Made by a program: the position numbers and the translations under genes. Source: a bacterium (lineage in GTDB: Bacteria > Patescibacteriota > Minisyncoccia > Phycocordibacterales > Phycocordibacteraceae). Taken from it: 64,000 nucleotides of DNA. Where the stretch lies: contig JAHFML010000001.1 in assembly GCA_023269085.1 (NCBI GenBank), forward strand, positions 190,356 to 254,355, in the 5' to 3' direction. Numbering within the stretch: the stretch's first letter is position 1; every line of letters begins with the position of its first letter. Under the pieces are notes generated by a model. The model did not search any database. It was not told the origin of the DNA and saw only the letters and a list, made by a program, of their open reading frames with translations. Shown here one piece after another: positions 56,432-64,000 of the stretch.

Positions 56432-56595
56432 AGTTCTTGCCCGCTGCGATTATCCCAATGTTGAATTACATTTACTACTTGGGGGTGATGTATGGAATAC
56501 CTACCGCAGTTAATTACGCAGCGGAGATCGGCAGTAGCCCTTGGATTGCAAAGCAATATGTGAAGGACCAAGTCAAGAAGTATTTTGGCTGGTAA
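56254..56595 (+). CDS. cassette 3: secreted peptide precursor (same signal + leader, different C-terminal peptide ending KYFGW)
   Basis: MRKTFTAVLAAISLAAISFPASAEPIDHAVAGNPEAIMAQVGAMHLTPLSDQDAAQVRGE then a unique hydrophobic/aromatic 55 aa. Confidence 0.55.
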   Translation: MRKTFTAVLAAISLAAISFPASAEPIDHAVAGNPEAIMAQVGAMHLTPLSDQDAAQVRGEFLPAAIIPMLNYIYYLGVMYGIPTAVNYAAEIGSSPWIAKQYVKDQVKKYFGW

Positions 56596-56694
56596 GCAAT
56601 TCGATGAGTACTGAATAACTTCGGCATCAACAAAAAGTGCCATGCTGGATCAGCATGGCACTTTACTATATAAATCTGATACAATTTCACTATC

Positions 56695-57081
56695 ATGATC
56701 TTCTGGAAGATATTTGCTTGGACAAATGCAATTATAAATGTTCCGTTCGTTATAGCGGCTCTTTTCGTCACGCCAGTGTTCCACGCCCTCGATGTCGCCG
56801 TATGGTTATTCAACGACTTTCCATTACTGGCTGTCCCTTTCTTGTTTGCGTACAAAGTACACGGAAAGAGATATATTCCTGCACTCGGTGTTTTAAAAGC
56901 TATTTTTGTTTTCTCTATAACTTATAACACCATTCACACCATCTCCGATTTCAAAGTATACCACTTCACTAGTATGCCCGGATTCCTGTTCGATTTGTCT
57001 TTTTATATCCTCATCATTCTGTCATTAATTTCTTTTTTGTTCTACATAAAAATGGAACGCGGCCTACAAGCGCATCATTAG
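56695..57081 (+). CDS. small polytopic membrane protein (immunity-protein-like), AT-rich
   Basis: 128 aa; 4 TM helices; directly downstream of cassette 3. Confidence 0.35.
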   Translation: MIFWKIFAWTNAIINVPFVIAALFVTPVFHALDVAVWLFNDFPLLAVPFLFAYKVHGKRYIPALGVLKAIFVFSITYNTIHTISDFKVYHFTSMPGFLFDLSFYILIILSLISFLFYIKMERGLQAHH

Positions 57082-57433
57082 CGCAGATCATATTCCACTT
57101 CCAGCGGCAGAGTTCCATCGTGGTAGATTCACTATATATGAAAGACTGCAAAAAGACAGGAACAACCATATGATGCATACTATATGAAGGGAGATCTCTA
57201 ATATATGGAAATCACTTTTTTCTCTGCGCTTAAACTTATAGGAATTGTTCTCGGGCTTGTGGCCATTTTTGCGAGTTTTGCTTTCCCTCTATTTTCAAGC
57301 ACTCAATTTGATGACATGCCAATCTGGATAAAAATCCTCGTTCCCATGATTATTACGGCGATTTCATTTTGGGTTATACGATAATCCGCAAACGAATATT
57401 TTAAAAATATCCTGGATACCGTATTGTTATCGC

Positions 57434-57631
57434 ATGCAAAAAATACTGTTCGATATTCTTATTTTGATTGGTGTCGGTATTGGCATTTTGTCGATTACTG
57501 CCCAAATAGCCCATAGTCTGTTCTCGGGCGTATCTTTCGATTCTTTGTCATGGAAAGTCAAAATGGCCATGGCAGTTGTGGTGGCACTCATTTTCTCAAT
57601 TTTTGAATGGTACACGTATACTCTCCTGTAA
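57434..57631 (+). CDS. small 2-TM membrane peptide, AT-rich
   Basis: 65 aa; a second 59-aa membrane peptide ORF lies at ~57206-57385 (MEITFFSALKLIGIVLGLVAIFASF...). Confidence 0.25.
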   Translation: MQKILFDILILIGVGIGILSITAQIAHSLFSGVSFDSLSWKVKMAMAVVVALIFSIFEWYTYTLL

Positions 57632-57698
57632 CAAGACCTAATTACGGATACTAAGAAGTCCCGCGATTGGTAGTCGCGGGACTGTGGCGCATCGATAT

Positions 57699-58061
57699 TC
57701 ATGTTTCTCCTCCCGCTGAACAGACAACCCAAACGTCCCACGGCAAAATGTCTTTGTCGTTGATGCCCGACAACACGGCATTGGCGCCCTGACGAATGGC
57801 GTCCGGTACGAGGAAATGCTCGTGCGTGAGCATCTCGAGCGGGCAAGCGACCCGCACGATCTTGGTCGGTCGGCCGTAGGTGTCATAGGTGACCACCCGC
57901 GGACGTTCGTCCCAAAGGGACTGGAAGATGGAAATGGTCGGGGTGGGTTGAAGACTCACCTTCTGCAGATACGGATTCCCTCCCGGGTCGCCGCGTGCGA
58001 GAGGTATGAGGCCAAGTGCCGCAATAAGTGCGGCGAGTGCGATAAAGAGCTTGCGGTTCAT
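57699..58061 (-). CDS. secreted hypothetical protein
   Basis: start at MNRKLFIALAALIAALGLIPLARG (signal peptide); GC-rich. Confidence 0.35.
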   Translation of the reverse strand: MNRKLFIALAALIAALGLIPLARGDPGGNPYLQKVSLQPTPTISIFQSLWDERPRVVTYDTYGRPTKIVRVACPLEMLTHEHFLVPDAIRQGANAVLSGINDKDILPWDVWVVCSAGGET

Positions 58062-58149
58062 CGTGCCCTCCTTGTGGGTGATGAAGCAGGACATCCTGCA
58101 CCACCAAGTGTATACCTAATTTCAAAACTTGCTGTATGGTGAGTGCACA

Positions 58150-58224
58150 GCTCTCGTCGTTCAACGGATAGGATAGCCCCCTCCGAAGGGGCCGATGACG
58201 GTTCGATTCCGTCCGAGAGCACCA
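58150..58224 (+). tRNA. tRNA-Arg (CCG)
   Basis: 75 nt incl. CCA; anticodon stem GCCCC/GGGGC, loop CTCCGAA; 5' half identical to tRNA-Arg(GCG). Confidence 0.8.
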
Positions 58225-58271
58225 CTTCGCACTGTTCAGAAACAGCGCTCCGCGGTGCGCAGCACAAAAGA

Positions 58272-59393
58272 CTAGGCGCCCTTCCCTACCGCTTCGGAGA
58301 TATTCTTGAAGCCGTCGCGGGCGAGGAGGCGGGTGAGGCCGAGATTGATAGCCGCGACAACCTGCGGCCCTTCGTAGATGAGGCCAGACACCATCTGCAC
58401 GAGCGAGGCGCCGAGACGAATTTTGGTATACGCATCTTCGGCGGTGAAGACGCCCCCACAGCCGATGATGACGAGTTGTTTGCCATAGTTCTTATACGCG
58501 AGCGCGATGAGCTCGTTCGAACGCTTCTCGGTCGGCTTGCCGCTGAAGTTGCCCTTCGACGCATTTTTTATTTCTTCCGGATCAAACGACGGATCTTTGC
58601 GATTCTTCTGTAAGTTGCCGAAGATGACGCCAACGACCGGATGCTTCGCGACGATAGCGAGAAGCGCGAGCGCCTCAGCGTCGGTACGGTCGATCGGCAT
58701 CTTGATGAAGAGCGGCTTGCCGAGCTTCTCTGCGGTCACGGCGCGCAAGAGCGCGTCGAAGCTCTCGGGCGTATAAAAGCTAATCGGCGTGTGCAGATTC
58801 GGACAGCTGATGTTGAGCTCATAATAGCTGAACGGCACTTTCGACTGTTCTGCGGCGGTGAAAGCGGCGACAATGTCGGCGATGGCCGCCTCCTGCGTCG
58901 CGAGCTCTGCGGTGTTCGTCACACCGATACTGATGCCGACCGGATTCGTGAAGGGCTCTGCGCCGAGGTGTCCGAGCGTCGCGCTGACGCCCAGATTCTT
59001 GAAGCCTTTGTTGACGAGGAGCGAGCGCGATTTGATAAGCCTACCAAGGCGCGGCCGCTCGTTCCCTGCGTAGGGCTGGTTCGAGAGCGTGCCGACGGTG
59101 CTAAAGCCAAAGCCGACCGCGGGCAAGACTCGCGCTATCTTCGCCTCATAATCAAAGCCAGCCGCAAGGCCGATAGGATTATCAAAATGAATGCCCGCGA
59201 TCTCTTGTACGAGCGATGTGTCTTGTATGAGAAATATCTTCTTGCCGAGCCACACGAGCGGTGGCACGTGGCCGATGAGCCGGCCGAGCGAGGTGATGCT
59301 GTCGTGAACGTCTTCAGCATCGAAGCAGAAGAAGATCGGCTTCGCGACGCGCCGATAGAAGAATGAAGAGAGTGCGATAAAAGATTCACGCAT
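58272..59393 (-). CDS. pyrD: dihydroorotate dehydrogenase (quinone), class 2
   Basis: 373 aa; NPIGLAAGFD, GFGFSTVGT, PRLGRL, CGGVFTAEDA motifs. Confidence 0.85.
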   Translation of the reverse strand: MRESFIALSSFFYRRVAKPIFFCFDAEDVHDSITSLGRLIGHVPPLVWLGKKIFLIQDTSLVQEIAGIHFDNPIGLAAGFDYEAKIARVLPAVGFGFSTVGTLSNQPYAGNERPRLGRLIKSRSLLVNKGFKNLGVSATLGHLGAEPFTNPVGISIGVTNTAELATQEAAIADIVAAFTAAEQSKVPFSYYELNISCPNLHTPISFYTPESFDALLRAVTAEKLGKPLFIKMPIDRTDAEALALLAIVAKHPVVGVIFGNLQKNRKDPSFDPEEIKNASKGNFSGKPTEKRSNELIALAYKNYGKQLVIIGCGGVFTAEDAYTKIRLGASLVQMVSGLIYEGPQVVAAINLGLTRLLARDGFKNISEAVGKGA

Positions 59394-59420
59394 GATGCGC
59401 GAATTGTAGCACCTTTTTCT

Positions 59421-59687
59421 TTATGCTTTTGCCTTTGCGACGGCGAGCGCGAGACGCGATTTCTTCCGATCTGCCGTGTTTGCCTTGATGACCCCCGTCT
59501 TCTTTGCTTTGTCGATTGCCTTGTAGGCGATTGGGAGCAGTTTCTCTGCGCCCGTCACGTCCTTGGCGACGAGCGCCTTCGTGAGCGACTTGGTGGTATC
59601 GCGCAAGACATTCTTGCGACGCAGGTTGAAGACGCGCTTCTTGTCCGAAGAACGGATCGCCTTTTTTGCCGAGCTGGTTATTGCCAT
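59421..59687 (-). CDS. rpsT: 30S ribosomal protein S20
   Basis: start at MAITSSAKKAIRSSDKKR; canonical S20. Confidence 0.9.
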   Translation of the reverse strand: MAITSSAKKAIRSSDKKRVFNLRRKNVLRDTTKSLTKALVAKDVTGAEKLLPIAYKAIDKAKKTGVIKANTADRKKSRLALAVAKAKA

Positions 59688-59744
59688 GTGCGCCCACAAT
59701 ACTGCATGCGCTCGATACGCGCAAGAGGTTCGTTGTTGAAGCAA

Positions 59745-59771
59745 ACGGGTGGACACTAGGTGTCCACCCGT
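59745..59771. promoter_or_regulatory. 27-bp perfect palindrome ACGGGTGGACAC-TAG-GTGTCCACCCGT in the divergent rpsT/ruvA intergenic region; candidate operator
   Basis: seen in sequence; identical 23-bp core recurs at ~63183 and related half-sites elsewhere. Confidence 0.5.
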
Positions 59772-59804
59772 CAAACACACCAACTATCGTGATAGGATGT
59801 CCTC

Positions 59805-60350
59805 ATGATTCGGAACATCCGGGGCAACGTCCTTTCTATTGGCACCGCAAGCGCGGTTATCGAGGTCGCGGGCTTCGGTATCGAGGTACGCATGAACGCG
59901 CCCGAAGTGCTCGCGCTCGGCACTGAGGCCTCGCTCGCGACGCATCTCACCCTCAAGCAGGACGGCCTTGAGCTCTATGGCTTCATGAGCGAAGCCGATC
60001 GCGATTTCTTCGAGCTTATTCTCTCGGTCTCGGGGGTGGGGCCGAAGACAGCGCTTGGCGTCTTGCGCCGTTCCTCGCGAGAGGCGCTCGCAGGAGCTAT
60101 CGGCTCGCGCGATCTCACCTATCTCACCAAGGTGGTCGGGCTTGGTAAAAAGAGCGCCGAGAAGATGCTCGTCGAGCTCGCCGACAAGATTACCGCCACG
60201 ACTCATGACGATGCTGACGGCGAAGTCTTCGACACGCTCGTCGCGCTCGGCTACACCGAGCGCGAAGCGCGCGCGGCCTTACAAGCTGTTCCTGCCAGCA
60301 TTGTGGGGAAGGACGCCCGGCTCAAGGCCTCGCTCGGCGCGCGCGCCTAA
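59805..60350 (+). CDS. ruvA: Holliday junction DNA helicase RuvA
   Basis: 181 aa; OB domain + HhH pair (SVSGVGPKTALGVL) + C-terminal domain III. Confidence 0.9.
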   Translation: MIRNIRGNVLSIGTASAVIEVAGFGIEVRMNAPEVLALGTEASLATHLTLKQDGLELYGFMSEADRDFFELILSVSGVGPKTALGVLRRSSREALAGAIGSRDLTYLTKVVGLGKKSAEKMLVELADKITATTHDDADGEVFDTLVALGYTEREARAALQAVPASIVGKDARLKASLGARA

Positions 60351-60360
60351 CTATTTATTT

Positions 60361-61638
60361 ATGTACGAATTCATCAACCTTATCGTTCGTTTCTTGAAAA
60401 AGATTGTCCCCGAGCCGGTGGTCGGGCTCTTCCGCCCACTCTATCATCGCGCACTCGCCTTTGGCATGGCGCTCTCCTACGGATTCCCGGCTCGCCGCCT
60501 TGTCGTCATCGGCGTGACGGGCACCAAGGGCAAGTCGACCGTCGCCGAGATGCTCTTCGCTGTCCTACGCGCGGCAGGCTACAAGACCGCGCTCCTCTCG
60601 ACCATCCGCTTCGCTATCGAGGACGAGTCTGAACCGAACCGCTACAAGATGACACTCCAAGGCCGCGGCTTCGCGCAGGCCTTCATGAAGAGGGCGCTCG
60701 ACCGGGGCTGTACGCACGTGATTATCGAAGTGACGAGCGAGAGCGTCCTCCAATATCGCCACTGGTTCCTTGGCCTCGACGCACTCATCGTCACCAACAT
60801 CCAGCGCGAACATATCGAACATCATGGCTCGTTCGAGAAGTATGTCGCGGCAAAACGCGAAATCGCCCTCGCGCTCGCGCGCTCGCACAAGAAGACGCGC
60901 ACGCTCATCGCGAACAACGACATCGCCGAGACGCACGCTTTCTGCAAGATCCCTGTCTCGCGCGCAGTGTGCTTCAGTGCGCAGGAATTGTCTGATGTGG
61001 CAACGGACGCGCGGAGCGTTCGCTTCACGTATGCCCATACCGACTTCTCGCTCCCCCTCCCCGGTGCCTTCAACGCCCTGAACGCGCTTGCGACGGTGAA
61101 GCTCGGCGAGGTGCTCGGGATACCGCTCGCGACCGCGGCACGGGCGCTTGCGAAGCTTGCGCCCGTGCGTGGCCGTGTCGAACACATCGACGCGGGCCAA
61201 GACTTCATCGCCATTGTCGATTATGCGCATACCCCCGACTCGCTCCAAGCGTTGTACGGCGCCTTCTCGACGGAGCGCAAGATCTGCGTCCTCGGCAACA
61301 CGGGCGGCGGTCGCGACACATGGAAGCGCCGCGAGATGGGTGCGATCGCCGACGAACTCTGCGCTGAAATTATTCTCACCAATGAAGACCCCTATGACGA
61401 AGACCCCGATCAAATCGTCGCGGCAATGGCAGTAGGTATGCAGCGTGCGCCGACTATCATCATGGACCGACGCGAGGCGATACGCGCCGCGATACGCGCG
61501 GCACGCCCTGGCGACGCCGTCCTCATCTCGGGCAAGGGCACCGACCCCTACATCATGGGTGCGAAGGGTGCGAAGATGCCGTGGAGCGATGCCGATGTTG
61601 TTCGCGAAGAACTTGAGCGACTTCTCGCAGAAGTTTGA
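60361..61638 (+). CDS. murE: Mur ligase family protein, MurE-like
   Basis: start at MYEFINLIV (ATG 11 nt after ruvA stop); VIGVTGTKGKST P-loop; DYAHTPDSL; short N-terminal domain so exact substrate uncertain. Confidence 0.65.
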   Translation: MYEFINLIVRFLKKIVPEPVVGLFRPLYHRALAFGMALSYGFPARRLVVIGVTGTKGKSTVAEMLFAVLRAAGYKTALLSTIRFAIEDESEPNRYKMTLQGRGFAQAFMKRALDRGCTHVIIEVTSESVLQYRHWFLGLDALIVTNIQREHIEHHGSFEKYVAAKREIALALARSHKKTRTLIANNDIAETHAFCKIPVSRAVCFSAQELSDVATDARSVRFTYAHTDFSLPLPGAFNALNALATVKLGEVLGIPLATAARALAKLAPVRGRVEHIDAGQDFIAIVDYAHTPDSLQALYGAFSTERKICVLGNTGGGRDTWKRREMGAIADELCAEIILTNEDPYDEDPDQIVAAMAVGMQRAPTIIMDRREAIRAAIRAARPGDAVLISGKGTDPYIMGAKGAKMPWSDADVVREELERLLAEV

Positions 61639-61650
61639 TATTATGGCGCT

Positions 61651-62592
61651 ATGGAACACGAATCTTGGTTCTTCGTCGGCATCTTCGTCTTCATCTTCCT
61701 CTTCTGGATCATAACGGGCGGGCCGGTGCACCCAATCTCCTTCACGGGCCCTTCTCTTGCCCAGCCGCAAGAGCTCGGTGGCGGGACCTACCTCTCGCTC
61801 CCGCGCGCACTCTTCGGCATCGGCGGGTCAGCAGGTTCATCGTTCTCGCCAACCATTGGCGGAAGTAACACCAGCTCTGGATTCTTCTTGTCCTCTGGAT
61901 CAGCCGGTGCGGCGACCTCGCCCTATCACTCTCTCGTCTCGCTCAGTCATTATGTCTCGGGCGCCGGCTCGCTCGACCCGCGCAATGAATATCTTGAGCT
62001 CTCGGTCGCGTGGGGCGCAACCACGCCCGTTGACATCTCCGGCTGGACGCTTCAAAGCGACGCGACCGGCAACGCGAGTATTATCCCAAAAGGCACCGAG
62101 ATCCCCGCCTCGGGCACTATCAACGCCGCTCAAGATATCATCCTCACCGCCGGTACGCGCGCTATCCTCATCTCGGGCCAATCACCGATCGGCGCCTCCT
62201 TCCGCGAGAACAAATGCATCGGCTATTTCAGCACCTTCCAGTCCTTCACCCCATCCCTCCCGCAGAACTGTCCGGCACCCGCTGACGAGCTCGCCGCGAA
62301 CTACGGCACGAATTATATCCGCGACGCGGTCTGCATCGACTACGTGAACCGTCTCTCCCGCTGTCAGGTACAGCTCACGCCACCGCCTTCCGCAACGAGT
62401 GCTTGTCAGACCTTCCTCGTCAAATATCTGAACTACAACGGTTGCGTCACGGCGCATCAGAGCGACAGCGACTTCGAGGGATCGACGTGGCGGGTCTACC
62501 TCGGCCGCACCGATGCGATGTGGCGCACGCGGCACGAGGTCGTGAAGCTCCTCGACGCCTCCGGCGCTCTTGTCGATTCGTTCAGCTACTAG
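61651..62592 (+). CDS. membrane-anchored lamin-tail-domain (LTD) protein
   Basis: N-terminal TM; LTD signature NEYLELSVAWGATTPVDISGWTLQSDATGN... Confidence 0.6.
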   Translation: MEHESWFFVGIFVFIFLFWIITGGPVHPISFTGPSLAQPQELGGGTYLSLPRALFGIGGSAGSSFSPTIGGSNTSSGFFLSSGSAGAATSPYHSLVSLSHYVSGAGSLDPRNEYLELSVAWGATTPVDISGWTLQSDATGNASIIPKGTEIPASGTINAAQDIILTAGTRAILISGQSPIGASFRENKCIGYFSTFQSFTPSLPQNCPAPADELAANYGTNYIRDAVCIDYVNRLSRCQVQLTPPPSATSACQTFLVKYLNYNGCVTAHQSDSDFEGSTWRVYLGRTDAMWRTRHEVVKLLDASGALVDSFSY

Positions 62593-62654
62593 AAAAATCG
62601 CGACAAAAGAGGTACTTTGTAAAAGTGCGTCCCTATGTAGTTTTTTCTCATTTC

Positions 62655-62727
62655 GCGCCCATAGCTCAGCTGGTAGAGCAGCTCCCTTTTAAGGAGAAGG
62701 TCGCAGGATCGTACCCTGCTGGGCGCA
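62655..62727 (+). tRNA. tRNA-Lys (TTT)
   Basis: 73 nt; acceptor GCGCCCA/TGGGCGC; anticodon loop CTTTTAA; atypical T-loop ATCGTAC. Confidence 0.7.
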
Positions 62728-63453
62728 CTAGATTGAAAGAGAAAATTTCTCAAGCGCAAGCGGGAGGGCGAGGCCAGAGCGGCGGGAGGATTGGAGGAGA
62801 GCGATGAGGGCGAGCGAGAGCTCACGCGCTTCGGCGGGCGACCACGCCGACCCTCTTCCCTGCCTACCGGCAGGCAGGTCCATCAGGTCGCGCGCCTTCC
62901 AGTGCAAGAGGCCATGGAGCATCTCCGGTGCATCGCCGGCGACCAGAGCGCGATGGAGCTCGAGCCAGAGCCGCTCGCGGTTCTTCGCGCCAAGGGCGTC
63001 GACGAGAGCGGAGTTGAAGCCCCGCGCCGCTCCGCGGCGCGGGGTCGTCGTATCGAATTGATATCCGACCTTGGCGAGCACTGCAATCTTCTTCGCTTTC
63101 GCTGTCGCGAGAGCGGGCGCGAGGATGATGATGGCATTGTCCGATGCCGCGAGCGCGTCGAGATGCGCGTCGAGCACATTTTGGGTGGACACTAGGTGTC
63201 CACCCGCATCTTCTGTTTCTTCTTCGGTGTTTACACTACGTGCGAGCGGGTAGGGGTCGTCGATGAGCACGAGAAGCCGCGAGACGAAGAGCCCGCCCGA
63301 GAGCGCCGCATCAGTGAGCGCGGCGCCGGTCAGCTCTTCCCGCGCGAGGCGCGCATACGCGAGGTTCGGCTCCTTCGCGCGCGCCTTCGCGACCCACTCA
63401 AAGGCCTTCATGCGCACTTTCTCCGTGTCGGTGCCGTAGAAAAAGTAAATCAT
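62728..63453 (-). CDS. holA: DNA polymerase III delta subunit-like (HolA)
   Basis: 241 aa; N-terminal MIYFFYGTDTEKV... clamp-loader delta pattern; contains in-frame GGGTGGACACTAGGTGTCCACCC palindrome. Confidence 0.6.
   Translation of the reverse strand: MIYFFYGTDTEKVRMKAFEWVAKARAKEPNLAYARLAREELTGAALTDAALSGGLFVSRLLVLIDDPYPLARSVNTEEETEDAGGHLVSTQNVLDAHLDALAASDNAIIILAPALATAKAKKIAVLAKVGYQFDTTTPRRGAARGFNSALVDALGAKNRERLWLELHRALVAGDAPEMLHGLLHWKARDLMDLPAGRQGRGSAWSPAEARELSLALIALLQSSRRSGLALPLALEKFSLSI
63183..63205. repeat. second copy of the GTGGACAC-TAG-GTGTCCAC palindrome, inside holA coding sequence (encodes GGHLVST)
   Basis: 23 bp identical to the rpsT/ruvA intergenic palindrome. Confidence 0.7.
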
Positions 63454-64000
63454 GCGCGCATCGTGCCCCAGTCGGGGCCGCTCTTCACATCAACTTGTAT
63501 CGGCACGCCATGCGTCTGCTCGGGCGTAAGGATTGATTCCATAATTTTTTGAATATCAGCACTCAATGAACCAACGCGTTCGGTGCGGATCTCATACACA
63601 AGCTCGTCGTGCACTTGGAGGAGCAGGTGCGCATCGTCGCTTGCCTTCTCTCGCGTGAGCATCTCGTCGACGCGGACCATCGCGAGTTTGATAATGTCGG
63701 CCTCAGTGCCTTGAATAGGCGCATTGATCGCCATGCGCTCGGCCTGCGCGCGCACATACGGGAGAGCGGACTTCATCTCGGGGAATTGGCGACGGCGGCC
63801 GAAGAGCGTCTCGGTGTAGCCATGCGTCCGCGCGAAGCCCTTGGTGCTCTCGAGATATTCGCCGAGGGCGGTGAAGCGACCAAAGTAGTGCTCGTAGAAA
63901 GAATGCGTCTCGGCGGTCGTCGTGCCGAGCTGTGCGCGAAGCGCGTTTATCCCCATACCGTAGAGGATGCCGAAGTTTATTACTTTTGCCCGACGTCGCA
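63450..64000 (-). CDS. polA: DNA polymerase I, C-terminal polymerase domain (partial; continues past window end)
   Basis: motif B RRRAKVINFGILYGM (no stop before 64000) and motif C QVHDELV; stop overlaps holA start. Confidence 0.9.
   Translation of the reverse strand, partial: RRRAKVINFGILYGMGINALRAQLGTTTAETHSFYEHYFGRFTALGEYLESTKGFARTHGYTETLFGRRRQFPEMKSALPYVRAQAERMAINAPIQGTEADIIKLAMVRVDEMLTREKASDDAHLLLQVHDELVYEIRTERVGSLSADIQKIMESILTPEQTHGVPIQVDVKSGPDWGTMRA

Noticed and set aside
1-64000. rRNA genes or CRISPR arrays
   Set aside because: No 16S/23S/5S signatures and no regularly spaced repeat-spacer array anywhere in the window.

Overview
High-GC (~65%) bacterial chromosomal segment. Gene content and architecture resemble a reduced-genome, Patescibacteria/CPR-like organism; this is an inference from the gene set, not from any search.

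Core genes present include:
- Ribosomal proteins: rplJ, rplL, rpsF, rpsR, rplK, rplS, rpsT.
- Transcription and secretion: nusG, secE.
- Aminoacyl-tRNA synthetases: metG, glycyl-tRNA synthetase, ileS, argS.
- DNA metabolism: recA, recO, ruvA, ruvX, ftsK, ssb, holA, polA (3' part).
- Other: efp, tmk, thyA, pyrD, tatD, an RluA-family pseudouridine synthase, a MurE-like ligase, a type IV pilus pilM/N/O operon and signal peptidase I.
- Ten tRNA genes: His, Leu-GAG, Val-TAC, Leu-CAG, Arg-TCT (two copies), Ser-TGA, Arg-GCG, Arg-CCG, Lys-TTT.

No rRNA genes and no CRISPR array were seen.

Accessory and unusual content:
1. A mosaic island between tRNA-Arg genes (about 52.4-58.2 kb) carries three cassettes of secreted peptide precursors. 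They share an identical GC-rich 5' module (RBS, Sec signal peptide, conserved LSDQDAAQVRG leader). Each is fused to a divergent AT-rich 3' part, with small polytopic membrane proteins and a signal peptidase I carrying an unusual N-terminal multi-TM extension nearby. The cassette closest to the flanking tRNA is truncated. This is the best candidate for an undescribed system.
2. The isoleucyl-tRNA synthetase has an in-frame insertion of about 195 aa that is a complete histidine-phosphatase (PGAM-like) domain.
3. A family of GGACAY-N3-RTGTCC inverted repeats recurs five times. Two copies share an identical 23-bp palindromic core, one in the rpsT/ruvA intergenic region and one inside holA.
4. tRNA-His and tRNA-Leu(GAG) are each followed by a related ~150-bp element that ends in a partial duplication of the tRNA 3' end.
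5. A frameshifted LAGLIDADG homing-endonuclease remnant and a GGDEF gene sit in an AT-rich islet between tRNAs.
6. A type II restriction-modification pair is present.
7. Two toxin-antitoxin pairs are present: DUF4258/DUF2283 and HepT/MntA.
8. A low-GC block holds nucleotide-metabolism genes (dcd-like, DUF488, thyA, DHFR-like).
9. A small membrane-protein gene with its promoter is tandemly duplicated.
10. A REP-like palindrome occurs four times at gene ends.

Coordinates derived by hand may be off by 1-2 nt. CDS boundaries follow the supplied ORF track, with starts adjusted where an internal start is better supported.
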